Shown here: positions 50,902-62,199 of the stretch, one piece after another
How the letters are laid out: each line of letters opens with the position of its first letter
Numbering within the stretch: position 1 is the stretch's first letter
Assembly: GCA_051313645.2 (NCBI GenBank)
Contig: JBNRSN020000016.1
Span: 123,256,001-123,320,000 of the forward strand
DNA from: Centroscyllium fabricii
Lineage: Eukaryota
Direction: 5' to 3'
DNA length: 64,000 nucleotides
Notes under the pieces: model-generated
What the model saw: only the letters and a program-made list of their open reading frames with translations
Databases searched by the model: none
What the model was told of the DNA's origin: nothing
Made by a program: the position numbers and the translations under genes

Positions 50902-51556
50902 CAGGTTGAGCACCGTTATTCCGGCACCCTCGGGGCCAGGCCGGTGCCGGACTACTGAAAATTCCGGACCGCTGAAGGTTCGGGGGAGCGCGCGGTAGAA
51001 CACTCCCCGGGTCCCGGAGCGCGCGGTAGAACACTCCCCGGGTCCCGGAGCGTGCGGTAGAACACTCCCCGGGTCCCGGAGCGTGCGGTAGAACACTCCC
51101 CGGGTCCCGGAGCGCGCGGTAGAACACACCCCGGGTCCCGGAGCGCGCGGTAGAACACACCCCGGGTCCCGGAGCGCGCGGTAGAACACACCCCGGGTCC
51201 CGGAGCGCGCGGTAGAACACTCCCCGGGTCCCGGAGCGCGCGGTAGAACACTCCCCGGGTCCCGGAGCGCGCGGTAGAACACTCCCCGGGTCCCGGAGCG
51301 CGCGGTAGAACACTCCCCGGGTCCCGGAGCGCACGGTAGAACACTCCCCAGGAGGGAGCCCGGGGATAGAACACTTACAAGAACTGAAAAACCAGCAACC
51401 CAAACGCCCGACGCCTTCGGCGCTCGCCCACTCTTTACGGGAAACGGCGGCACTGCCGGGCGGCTGCTGCACAAACCGATGGCTGCCGGTTTCAATTCGT
51501 GCCAAACCACTGAAGTTGCCGGACCATCGGGTGCCGGATTAGCGGTGCTCAACCTG
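50902..51556. mobile_element. Tigger-like MITE (family of 31605-31888, opposite orientation) containing a minisatellite
   Basis: TA|CAGGTTGAGCACC...GGTGCTCAACCTG|TA. Confidence 0.92.
50985..51349 (+). repeat. 31-bp GC-rich minisatellite, about 12 copies
   Basis: Unit ggagcgcgcggtagaacactccccgggtccc. Confidence 0.97.
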
Positions 51557-52607
51557 TACTGGATTTTTAAAAGATCAACCTTGGGCCGTGGGGATCGCTG
51601 GTGACTCCGCCTCCATTGCCCATTCCCTAGTTGTCTTTGAGAAGATGGCAGTGCTCCTCCTTCTTGAACCGCTGCAGTCAGCGTGGTGAAGGCACTCCCA
51701 CAATGCGGTTAGGGAGGGAGTTCCAGGATATTGACCCAGCTGACATTGCAATCGACAGAGCCATTCTAGCAAGCAAGTGGCTGGCTTTAGTCAGTAACGG
51801 GACTAATCCGGCGGGTATTTGTTGAGGTTAAAAAATATATATTTTTTTGAAACAAAGCAATGTTTTATCAGTATTCCACTATATCAGAAAACGGAGCCAT
51901 CTCAGACATCAGACTAACAGAATACATGGTAAAACGCTCCCACCCTTATAAAACTGTATTACCTTAACTTACTACAAGCAGTGTCAAGGGAAGTCAGCTT
52001 CTTTTGAAAATAGACAGTAGGTGAGCTCTATGAATAAAAGTACTGTTTCCTTCATCTTTTAATCCTTTAAACAGCCCCTCTTACCGTACCAGTGAAATAT
52101 CTTCCTCCATGCCAACAAAGAGTACAGCCTCTCTGGTGCAACAGCTAATGTATTTCAAATTATAGGCAATTTTGTGCATTTACTATTTCATGCTACACTC
52201 ATCAATTGTAAATAATAAAACTTCCAATTATCATCTTTAACTTTCCCCTTTAATTGAAAGAATGGAACATGAAAAGAAAATCGCTCCTATTTTTAAAAAA
52301 AACAAAGGCCAATTACCAAGATCCTCCACATTACTGCTTGGAATTCTTGTCCCAATATATCCATCACTCGACAGAAACCATTTTGGTTTACCATTTGCTG
52401 ACAGAGAAACCCATCCAGCTGCAGTGACTTCATTTTAAACAAAGCAAATCTGTTTCATTGAGCAACAGGAGGGCAATTTAACAGAAAGGTCTCAACACAT
52501 TTTGCGCCAGGAGCAGGTTCGAAGTCAATACATAAATTATTCAGCTAAAAGCAGCAAGTCAATCGCTTACTGATGCTGCAGTCACATCAGGAGTTCTGTG
52601 TAAATAC

Positions 52608-52691
52608 CTTCACCGTGCCATCATCCCCACCAGCAGCAATCCACCGCCCATCAGGACTGAATCTTAAACACCGCACAGCATTTGTGTGACC
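52608..52691 (-). CDS. KATNB1: KATNB1 exon, WD40
   Basis: AG/GT; [28 protein letters not shown]. Confidence 0.95.
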
Positions 52692-54020
52692 CTGCAGAGA
52701 GTGGGGACAGTTTTAAGTGGAGTATAAACAATGCCATCCTGCAGTCTGTCCCGATTGAAGTACCTACTATACAGTAAACAGAGCAGTCCAACGTTATTGC
52801 ATTTTTATTACTACCCACATTACACAATGTAGTTAAGCGTGCAGTTATGCATAAAGGTGCGTAGAATTCAGGTATAGAGTATAGCAAAGGTTAAAGGTGG
52901 CAGGTTAAAGGTGGCAGGAAGGGAAAGGGGGTGGTCATGGACCGCTCCAATAAAGGTTCAAGCCCAGTGTCAGGCAGCTGCAGCCGAAGCAAACAGGGTC
53001 CTGGGCTGGACTGTTCTGTACAAAAACCAAAGCCATGATAGTAGGGTTATACAAGGCTTTGGTGAGACTTTGTCAGGACCCCTCAGCTCGAGAGCGATAT
53101 TGTGGCTAGAGAGAGGGATCAGTGAAGGGCAACAAGGAAGATTCCCAGCCTAAATCCATTGAGTTACGGAGATGGGGCGTAGACTTAATTAGGGATCTGA
53201 TACAAGTATAAAAATTATTCAGGGCATTGATAACATACAAGTGGATAGATTGTTTGAGGTGATGGGACTGGGCAGGGCTAGGGGCCACCCATTTAAATTC
53301 AGAGCACTGGGAATGGCAGGATATGTTGAAGTTTTATTTTTCTTATAGGGCGTTGGACCCGTAGAACAGGATTCTGGAAGTGACAGTGAAGACTGACTCC
53401 TAGTCAGACACATTTTTAGAAAGCGATGAGATTTTGACAGAAAGGCGGCAAGATTTTGGTCAATACTGTTGAGGTGCCAGAGGCGTTTTTGGTAGAGGTT
53501 TCCTGAATTGAGTCACTTTTGTTTGCCTCTCAGATGAAGAGGGGAAGAGTGGGGACATGGGCAAAAAAATGGAGCAAGAGCATATGGTCCTCTTCTTATC
53601 CCAAGTACATAACTAACCACATGGGGGCTCAAGTGCAGTTTAAGGTAAGCAGCAATAAGTCTTTTAACGTGATAAACCCAATTGCAGCACCCAGCAGCAG
53701 AAAATGTTGCATTATGGTCCTTTTCACTCTGAATGCAATTCATCTCCGTACAAACACCTAGAACATTTTACAAAAGCAGATCATAGGACACTATCCCTTT
53801 AAGGCTTTTTCCCTCATGTTGACTACATGTGACTTCACTGACCCAAATTATACACAGCACCTCATGTGACTTCACTGACCCAAATTATGCACAGCACCTC
53901 ACTCTAGGTTTCCGCTTTAGTTGGAAATTGCCATAAGGTTGAGTTCCAGATAACCTATCTGCCATCACCTGAAAGAAAATTGCTTTGCCGTTGACTTAAG
54001 AGACGGGTTATTCCTCTCAC

Positions 54021-54062
54021 CTTGTACGTCATTACACAACCTTTTCTTCGAATGTCCCACAG
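54021..54062 (-). CDS. KATNB1: KATNB1 42-nt exon, WD40
   Basis: AG/GTGAG; LWDIRRKGCVMTYK. Confidence 0.94.
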
Positions 54063-54134
54063 CTGGAAATGGAAACACATCAGAATCAACAATATGCAGC
54101 CATTTCAGTGCAGATACTTCATATTTTGTTTTAT

Positions 54135-54720
54135 GTGCCGGGAAAGTGAAAATCCCGAGCGATTGAAGCTTCGACGAGTGCATGAGCGGCCCATTCAAAA
54201 TGGCCACCGCGAAAGGCTGGTGGCCATTTTGAGTGGTTTGCGCATGCACTTATCGTTCGGTAAGGCCCGGCTCGGCTCGGGGAGCCCTGGCCCGGGAAGG
54301 CTCGGCGAGGCCCGGCTCGGGAAGCCCCAGCCCGGATCGGGAAGGCTCAGTAAGGTGAGGCCAGGCCCGGCTCAGCTCAGCAAGGTGAGGCCCGGCTCGG
54401 GAAGCCCCAGCTCGGTAAGGTGAGGCCCGGCTCGGGAAGGCGAGGCGAGGCCCGGTTCGGGAAGCCCCGGCCCGGCTCGGTAAGGCAAGGCTCGGGAAGG
54501 CCCATCCCGGGATCGTTCAGCAGCACATGTGCAGATTAAAAACTTCGCAGCGGCCATTGTGAATGATCTGCATATGCACTCGGCAGCACATGCGCAGATC
54601 ATTCACTGAAGCATCAATCACGGCGGCCATTTTGCGCATGCGCAGGGCAGTCGGGGCAATTTGTTCCGGAAGACTGAAGCTGCCAGCTTATCGGGTAACG
54701 GATTAACGGTGCACAACCTG
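54135..54720. mobile_element. Truncated copy of the 45899-46393 MITE with internal GGCCCGGCTCGGGAAG repeats
   Basis: Right end CGGTGCACAACCTG|TA and colinear last about 180 bp; left TIR missing. Confidence 0.8.
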
Positions 54721-55137
54721 TATAGCAAGAAACACTAAAATCATCTGAACACCTTTATGTGCTAGAGGCTGATTGCTTTTGAAGGCAGCTGCCAAAGGAA
54801 CAGGAGTGACTGGGAATTTGCTACATCATCCATCTGAAGTCTTCAAGATTAGGAAGGATTGACGAATCTCATTTGTGTTTTTACAGAACGGTGAGTAACA
54901 TGTAAAATACATTACCAGGGAAACTATCAAAACCAACAATATAAATAAATTCAAGAGACAATTAGATGGGTTCCTAGAGAGATGATGCATTTGTTGAGAA
55001 GGCAGATGGGGGCTATCAAGATACATCAGAAAAAGAAAGATTTGCTGGATCAAATGGTCTTTTCCTGTTCCTAAAATGTATATTCTAACATGCTTATCCA
55101 CAATAAGTGGTTAATGGTCTGCTGGACTGTACTGTAC

Positions 55138-55238
55138 CTTTACATTGGTGTCCAGAGAGCCAGAGGCCACAAACTCCCCAAAAGGATGGAAGTCTAAACT
55201 GCAGATGTTGGCTTTGTGTCCTGACAGTGTCCGAAGAA
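55138..55238 (-). CDS. KATNB1: KATNB1 exon, WD40
   Basis: AAG acceptor, GT donor; [34 protein letters not shown]. Confidence 0.95.
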
Positions 55239-56610
55239 CTTCAAGAAAACAAAATTAACATTGTGTTAATACATTCCTACCTTACACTGATTTACGAATT
55301 GCCCATGTAAGAGATCTAATAACTTCAACATGATGTTCCAGTTACAATTGTGGTTTCTTTCCATCGTTCTTACTGTGGACTTTTCTGCTTCTAACTGTTA
55401 GATCCCAACTCCATATGCCTTTGAGAGCATCTTTACTAGCCTCAATATCCAGCTAAGCTTTTGGTAATGCACCCAGGAGATCAAACAAAACAACCTTTCT
55501 GTTAATAGTTTTTAAGCTGCTGCAATTATCCCATGCCACCACAGGAACTCTCTCCGTTCGTCAATAAGAGATAGAGTATCATAACTTCAGACCTTATTTT
55601 AAGATTAAATTATTATGCACAATTGTTTTACAAAAGATGAACAAGCAAATAACTAAGTGATAATAATACATATCTACAACAGAAATCCTTCTTTCTAGCA
55701 CCTTGAAAAGTCACAATTTAATGCTAAGATATTACACAGCATTTATTTTCTCCTTGTACTGCTTACCACTGTGGAAGTTGATGCTGATGTAAACTATTCT
55801 CTTGAGAACCAACTTACTTGAATAGCTACAGCTCTTTAAAATATTCCCAGAAAGAATTACTGGGATCTCCTGGATTTGAATAACTGACTGGTTTACACAT
55901 AATTGAACACGTATCACTATCTGTTTTGCTTAAAAGTAAAGTAGCTCTTTCCTAATCTTTTGAGACAACTGGAGAAAGCTTGAAACATGTATTGAATTTA
56001 GTTTGGCATAAGAATCTGCCGGCACTGGCTTTTATACTGCGACTGGATTTAAAAGGGGTAGCCACTAAATTAAAACTAGGCCAAAAATAAACCCTTCATT
56101 TTTGTCGCAGTACGATCCTAAAGTAGTTGTAGAGTTAACTAAGGAGAAATGGACATGAATGTCAAATAAGAACAGAATTTAATTTAGTTATGAGGCAAAA
56201 CAGTGGAACAGCTTCATAAATATTCACTTCAGATCCATGCATGAAGAATAAGGACTTGGACAAGGTTGAAGGCTGCATGTACGCATAGAATCATACCCCA
56301 GGAGGAAAGGTGGGGAGAAATTAGCCTTAAAGGTAAATTCATTATCTGCTGCAGAGTTATCCCCACACATAAATAAAACATGAGAATCAATTAATAAAAG
56401 CCACTTCCTCACTGCTGCGCTGGGGAGAGCGAGTGAGGGTGGTCTGCGATGCGTAGCTGGCCAGGTTTAATAAAGATGCATAGACATTTAATTTGGGATT
56501 TTATTTCATTACCTTTGGAGACGAGGGAATACATGAGCAGAACTTTCAAAAGACTGCAAGGTAGGAGGTTAAAACCGTCATTCAATTATTCAAGAAAAAT
56601 GGGTACTTAC

Positions 56611-56728
56611 TCTTGGCTGCTTCCAAATCCCATATTCTTAGTGATCCAGACTGCGAGCCTGCAACAACCAATTCCTCAGAGTCTTTGAACTGAATACACT
56701 CGACGGGTGTGTTGTGCCCTGTAAGACT
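56611..56728 (-). CDS. KATNB1: KATNB1 exon, WD40
   Basis: AG/GTAAG; [39 protein letters not shown]. Confidence 0.95.
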
Positions 56729-57563
56729 CTACACAATGAAACATTTTTTTTTTTTTTAATTGAAGCTTTATTGAATTTGTTATGCTGTAGAAAATACAAG
56801 GCTAAATGTATGCATGCAAAGTACAAACAGGAATAAAAACAGATATAAAATTTGAAGCATATAGTTAAACGAACTGGATTCGAAGTCAGAGGGACATAGT
56901 TTAAAATCGGGCATTTAAACTCAGGTTGTGAGTTTAACCAGTTTTAACAGGGTCACCAAGCTGATCACTACTGTTCTTGGCACCAGTTGGATAACTGTCA
57001 GCACGAGTGGCATCTAAAAATCATATTCCATGAAACTGCCCAACATACCCTTTGTGATGGTGTAAATATTTGCTCATAGGCCCGGTTAATGATACACAAG
57101 CTGACTTGTTTTATCAGTTGTGCATTCAAATCCGTAGAATTCTGTGGCCACATTCCACAAAGAAGTCCCCTGTTTCGTGAGTGGTTGGAGCACAAACACC
57201 CCTGTAAAAGATTCATAACTTTATCTAGTCACCCAATCTTCGCTGCTAAATCTAGTGATTAAACACACCCTCTTCCATAAAATTAGGATGACATTTATCC
57301 CAGAATACAATGATTCAAGTTAAGGGTTTTGTTAAACAGATTGTCTTTGGCTAGCAGAATCTTAAAAACACACACAAATAAACAAGGATGCTTGAAGCGG
57401 AGAAGCCGTTTATGCAAAATTCATATTCAACAAAAAATGAGACAAAAACAAGTTATACTAAAGATATCTGGATTAACTTGTCCAATGTGGGCACCTGGAA
57501 ACTATCAAAACAACCTACTCCTGCTCCTAGGTTGTTCCCAAGAGCTCATAGGTCACGAGTTAA

Positions 57564-58229
57564 GCCCCGCTTTCACTGGAGGCTAAGAATATCAAGAATC
57601 GTCACGTATCGAAATTCGTGGCGATTCGGCAAAAAATGTGAAAATTCGTGGTGGATTCGGGAGGAGCTACGAATCCACTACGAATTGATTACGAATTATT
57701 CGTGCCGAATGTCAAGAATGGCTTAAGAAACAAGTACGAATTCAAAGAATCAGGTAAGAATTTAACGAACTCACTTACGAATGTGCCGAATTACTGTACG
57801 AATCCACTACGACCGATTCGTACCTGATTCGTGGACATTCGTGCCTGTTTCGTGATGTATTCGGCGTGGGTCCACGAATTTGAGGGAGTCAAGAATGCCC
57901 AAGAATAGACAAGAATGCAGAAGAAGCGATTAAGAAACGGTTAAGAAGGATAAGAAAGGGTTAAGAACGATAAGAAAGGGTCACGAATTGTTTAGGAATC
58001 TATCACGAATTTGACATTCGTTAACCCTCCCACGAAATTTTTTGACAAACAAAAACTTTCTTGAAAAATCAAAGAAATCACGCGAACTTACGCGAACTCT
58101 ACGAATCATCTACGAATCAACGACGAATCAACCACGAATCGGTTACGAATTGCAAGAATTACCCACGAATCGGACAAATTTCAGAATCGGGACGATTCGG
58201 CAATTCGTAGCCTCCAGTGAAAGCGGGGC
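57564..58229. mobile_element. Non-autonomous DNA transposon with perfect 22-bp TIRs and TTAA flanks
   Basis: TTAA|GCCCCGCTTTCACTGGAGGCTA...TAGCCTCCAGTGAAAGCGGGGC|TTAA; interior is dense with ACGAAT/AAGAAT motifs. Confidence 0.9.
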
Positions 58230-58479
58230 TTAACACAGGTTAGATGCAGAGTACCTTAACCATGATTTCAGGGGCATTCTCTATTGTACAGCAGAAATAT
58301 TTTTAAATCCTAGGTAGGTACGTTCTGGCCTGTGACAGAGTGCAATTTTTATTCCAATTTGAGGGAATGTTCGTGCTCATGGACCCTCATTCGCTAGGAA
58401 GCAAAACTACCTCAGGCTCATCTCGTAGACCCTCACAGCTAGAGAAAGGGTAACACTGTTTCAGTGCCCTCCGACTCAC

Positions 58480-58610
58480 CATAATACAGTTAGGTTTGCT
58501 GACTGACCACAAGTTGACCCGACAGTCCTCTCCGCCAGTGGCCAATAGTCTTCCGGAGTTCTTCCCCAGCACCAGACAGGTTACATTACCGGCGTGAGCA
58601 ACAAACTCCT
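58480..58610 (-). CDS. KATNB1: KATNB1 exon, first WD40 repeat (start exon lies beyond the window)
   Basis: AG/GTGAG; [43 protein letters not shown]. Confidence 0.95.
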
Positions 58611-58944
58611 CTAAGGGAAATGGAAAAGGAGGAGAATCTAAGTACAACAACTTGCATTCATATAGCCCCTTTAACATGGAAAATAACAAACCTAAGGTGC
58701 TTCACAGAGGCAGCAAGAAAAACAGACGCCAAGCCAAAGAAGAAACACTTATGACCAAAATACAAAAGGTATATATTTCTCAAGCTTGACATTCATATAG
58801 TCATCATTTTGTAAATAAAACTGTTCCACCCACAGATGCTCTATTCTCAACATGTCAAATTTCATTACAGCAAACCCTTATAACATCAATCACTGGTCTG
58901 CTCCGCTTCATACAAAAGGAACTCACAACAACAACTTGCACTTA

Positions 58945-59595
58945 TATAGCACCTTTAATGTAGTAAAATGTCCCAAGGCACTGCACAGGAGTATTATAAG
59001 ACAAAAAATTTGACATCGATCCACAGAAGGATAAATTAGGGCAGGTGACCAAAAGCTTGGTTTTAAGGAGAATCTTAGAGGAAAGAGGGGTAAGCGAGGC
59101 AGAGAGGTTTAGGCTGGGAATTCCAGAGCTTAGGGCCCAGGCAACAGAAGGCACGGCCACCAATGGTTGAGCGATTATCAACAGGGATGCTCAAGAGGGC
59201 AGAATTAGAGGAGCGCAGATATCTCGGGGAGTTATGGGGCTGAAGATTACAGGGATAGGAAGGGGCGAGGCCCTGGAGGGATTTGAAAACCAGGATGAGA
59301 ATTTTAAATCGAGGGGCTACTTAACTGGGAGCCAATGTAGGTCAGCGAGCACAGGAGCGACGGGCGAACGGGACTTGGTGCGAGTTAGGAGACGGGCAGA
59401 CGAGTTTTGGATGAGCTCAAGTTTACGTAGGGTAGAATGTGGGAGGCCAGCCAGGAGTGTGTTGGAATAGTCAAGTCTGGAGGTAACAAAGGCACAGATG
59501 AGGGTTTCAGCAGTGAATGGGCTGAGGCAGGGGCAGAGACGGGCAATGTTGCGGAGGTCTTTGTTATGCTGCGGATGTGTGGTCGGAAGCTCATT
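58945..59595 (-). mobile_element. L2 LINE 3' fragment
   Basis: ORF 59317-59625 AFVTSRLDYSNTLLAGLP...IQNSSARLLT...LHWLPV. Confidence 0.9.
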
Positions 59596-60077
59596 AAACC
59601 TCAGTAAGATCCTGATTGTGGGCATATGTCAACAAGAGGACACGAGCACAAGATTCAAGGAGGAAGATTCAGAAGGGATGGCAGGGGCAGGTTCTTTACA
59701 CAGAGAGTGGTCGGGGAATGGAATAGGCTACCATCTGAAATAGTGGATGCGGACAGTCTGGGTGCTTTTAAAAGGATGATAGACAGGTACATGGAGGGGA
59801 AGGAACAGTAGGGGGGAAAGGAAAAATCAGAGATGGACTAAGGGCGGCACTACATTGAGGGCCCAAGGGCCTGTACAGTGCTGTATGTTCTATGTTCTAT
59901 GTTCTATGTACAAATATCTTCCTCTAGCCTCCCCCTCCGTCTCTCCCCTTTTCACCCCTCCCTCTCTTTGCCTTCCCTCTATTTCTTTTCCATTCCTCTC
60001 ACCCATTTCATTTGTTCTTTGCTTGCTCTGTTTTCTTCTTTTCCAGTTTTTCTTTCTTCCCATGTTTATCCCTCCCA

Positions 60078-60296
60078 TGCAAGAAGTCACACAACACCAG
60101 GTTATAGTCCAACAGTTTTATTTTAAATCACAAGCTTTCGGAGCAGCTGCCCCTTAGTCAGGTGAAAGATAAGCTGACGAAGGGGCAGAAGCTCCGAAAG
60201 CTTGTGATTTAAAATAAAACTGTTGGACTGTAACCTGGTGTTATGTGACTTCTTGCAATTGTCCACCCCAGTCAAACACCGACACCTCCACATCAT
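60078..60296. mobile_element. Second Penelope-like fold-back element with hammerhead motifs on both arms
   Basis: About 85-bp inverted arms; flanks ATCCCTCCCATG / ATCTCTCCCATG; CTGACGA-AGGGGC-AGAA-GCTCC-GAAAGCTT-GTGA at 60174-60207. Confidence 0.8.
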
Positions 60297-60574
60297 ATCT
60301 CTCCCATGTTTTATCTCCCTCCTGTATTTTTAGGATACATTTCCTCATCCTGTACTCTTCATTCCTCTCTCCATGTTTTCTGTCTCACCCTGTGCTTACT
60401 CTCTTCCCCTTTCCTGTTTTCTGCAATATTTTCCCTGTTTTCTTCTTCATACCTTGTTCCTTTCTCGCTCCTTCATGTTTCCTCCCTCTCTCTCTGCTTC
60501 CCGAGTTCCCCATATCCGTTTTCCTCATTTGCCCTCATTTCATTTTTTCCTCCCTCTCCATTCTCCGCTCCCCA

Positions 60575-60606
<32 letters not shown>

Positions 60607-60673
60607 CTCCCCTTCCATTCCCCCCATCATTTTCCTCTCTCTCACCCCATTTCATTCTCCCCCCCCCCCCCTT

Positions 60674-62160
60674 CAATGTTATAAACTCCTCAGTGACCAT
60701 CCCTGGGTATGCCCTGTTCCACCGGCAGCAGAGATCGACCAGAGATGGGGGCACAGTGATGAACAGTCGAGCGAGTGTGTTCCTGGGAGTCCTCAACATC
60801 GACTCTGAACCCCATGAAGTCTCAGATCAAACATGGGCATGGAAATCGCCTGCTGATTACCACTTACTGCCTTTCCTCAGCTGATGAATCAGTACCCCTC
60901 AATGTTGACCACCACCTAGAGAAAGCACCACAGGTAGCAAGGCTACAGAATATATTATGGGTGGGCGACTTCAATGTCCATCTAGAGTGGCTTAGTACAA
61001 CCACTGACTGAGCTGGCCAAGTCAAGAACATTGCTGGTGGGCTTGCAGCAGGTAGCAAGAGAACCAACAGGAGGGAATAACCTACTTCACCTGGTCCTTG
61101 CCAATCTGCCCATCACAGAGGCGTCTGTCCATAACAGTATTGGTAGTAACCTCAGCAGAGTCATAGTATCATAGAATGGTTACAGCACAGAGGCCATTAG
61201 GCCAATCGAGCCCGTGCCAGTTCTCTAGAAGAGCACTTCGGCTGGTCCCACTCCCCTGCCTTTTCTCCGTAGCCCAGCATTTTTCCTCCCCTTCTGGTAC
61301 TTATCCAACTCCCTTTTGAAAGCCACGATTGAGTCTGCCTCCACCACCCTTTCAAGCAGTGCATTCCAGATTCTAACCACTCGCTGCATAAAATGCCGGA
61401 TTAACGGTGTCGGACCTGTATTAGGATAATTAAAGTCCCCCATTATCACTACTCTATAGTTCCTCTAATTTCCATGCTCCTCTATATCCTTCGCACTAGC
61501 TGACGGCCTATCGTAAAACTGTCCCGCGGCCCGGTCCGCGGACCGGCGGTTGGAGACCGCTGGCCTATAGTGTGCAATAACACCTCCATTGTTTTTCAAC
61601 TCTAACCAAATAGATTCTGTCCTTGACCCCTCCAGGACATTTAGCAGTGTAATATTCTCAATTGTGGAGACCAAGTCCTGTTTTCACACCAAGGACACCC
61701 TCCATTGTGTCGTGTGGCACTACTACCATGCTAAGTGGCATAAATTAACAGATCTAGCAGCTCAAACTAGACATCCATAATGTGGATGTCTAGTTTGGAC
61801 TGGGGTGGACAAATGCAAGAAGTCACACAACACCAGATTATAGTCCAACGGTTTTATTTTAAATCACAAGCTTTCGGAGCTCCGAAAGCTTGTGATTTAA
61901 AATAAAACCGTTGGACTATAATCTGGTGTTGTGTGACTTCTTGCATTTAGACATCCATAAGGCACTGTGGACCATCAGCAGAATTGTATTCCACTACAAT
62001 ATACAAACTCATGGCCCTGCATATCCCTCACTCCTCCACTATCTTCAAGTCAGATGACCAACTCTGGTTCAATGAAGAGTGTAAAAGAGCATGCCGGGAG
62101 CAGATCCAGAAAATTAGGTGCCAATATGGTAAAACTACAACACTACATGTATGCATGCCA
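60674..62160 (+). mobile_element. Decayed LINE endonuclease region with several nested insertions
   Basis: IPGYALFHR..RDGG and NILWVGDFNVH APE-like motifs; interrupted by CR1, hAT-end and palindrome inserts. Confidence 0.75.
61811..61948. repeat. Perfect 138-bp palindrome (69-bp arms, no spacer), family of 60078-60296
   Basis: Centre GGAG|CTCC at 61879/61880; TAGACATCCATAA at 61768-61780 and 61948-61960. Confidence 0.95.
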
Positions 62161-62199
62161 CATTCTCTCTCTCCCACCCTCCCTCTCCAGTTTGTGCGT

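Noticed and set aside
50771-51552. Repetitive ORFs of 140-244 aa
   Set aside because: Translations of the 31-bp minisatellite inside a MITE
60245-60884. Hydrophobic 187-192-aa ORFs
   Set aside because: CT-rich low-complexity sequence running into a decayed LINE
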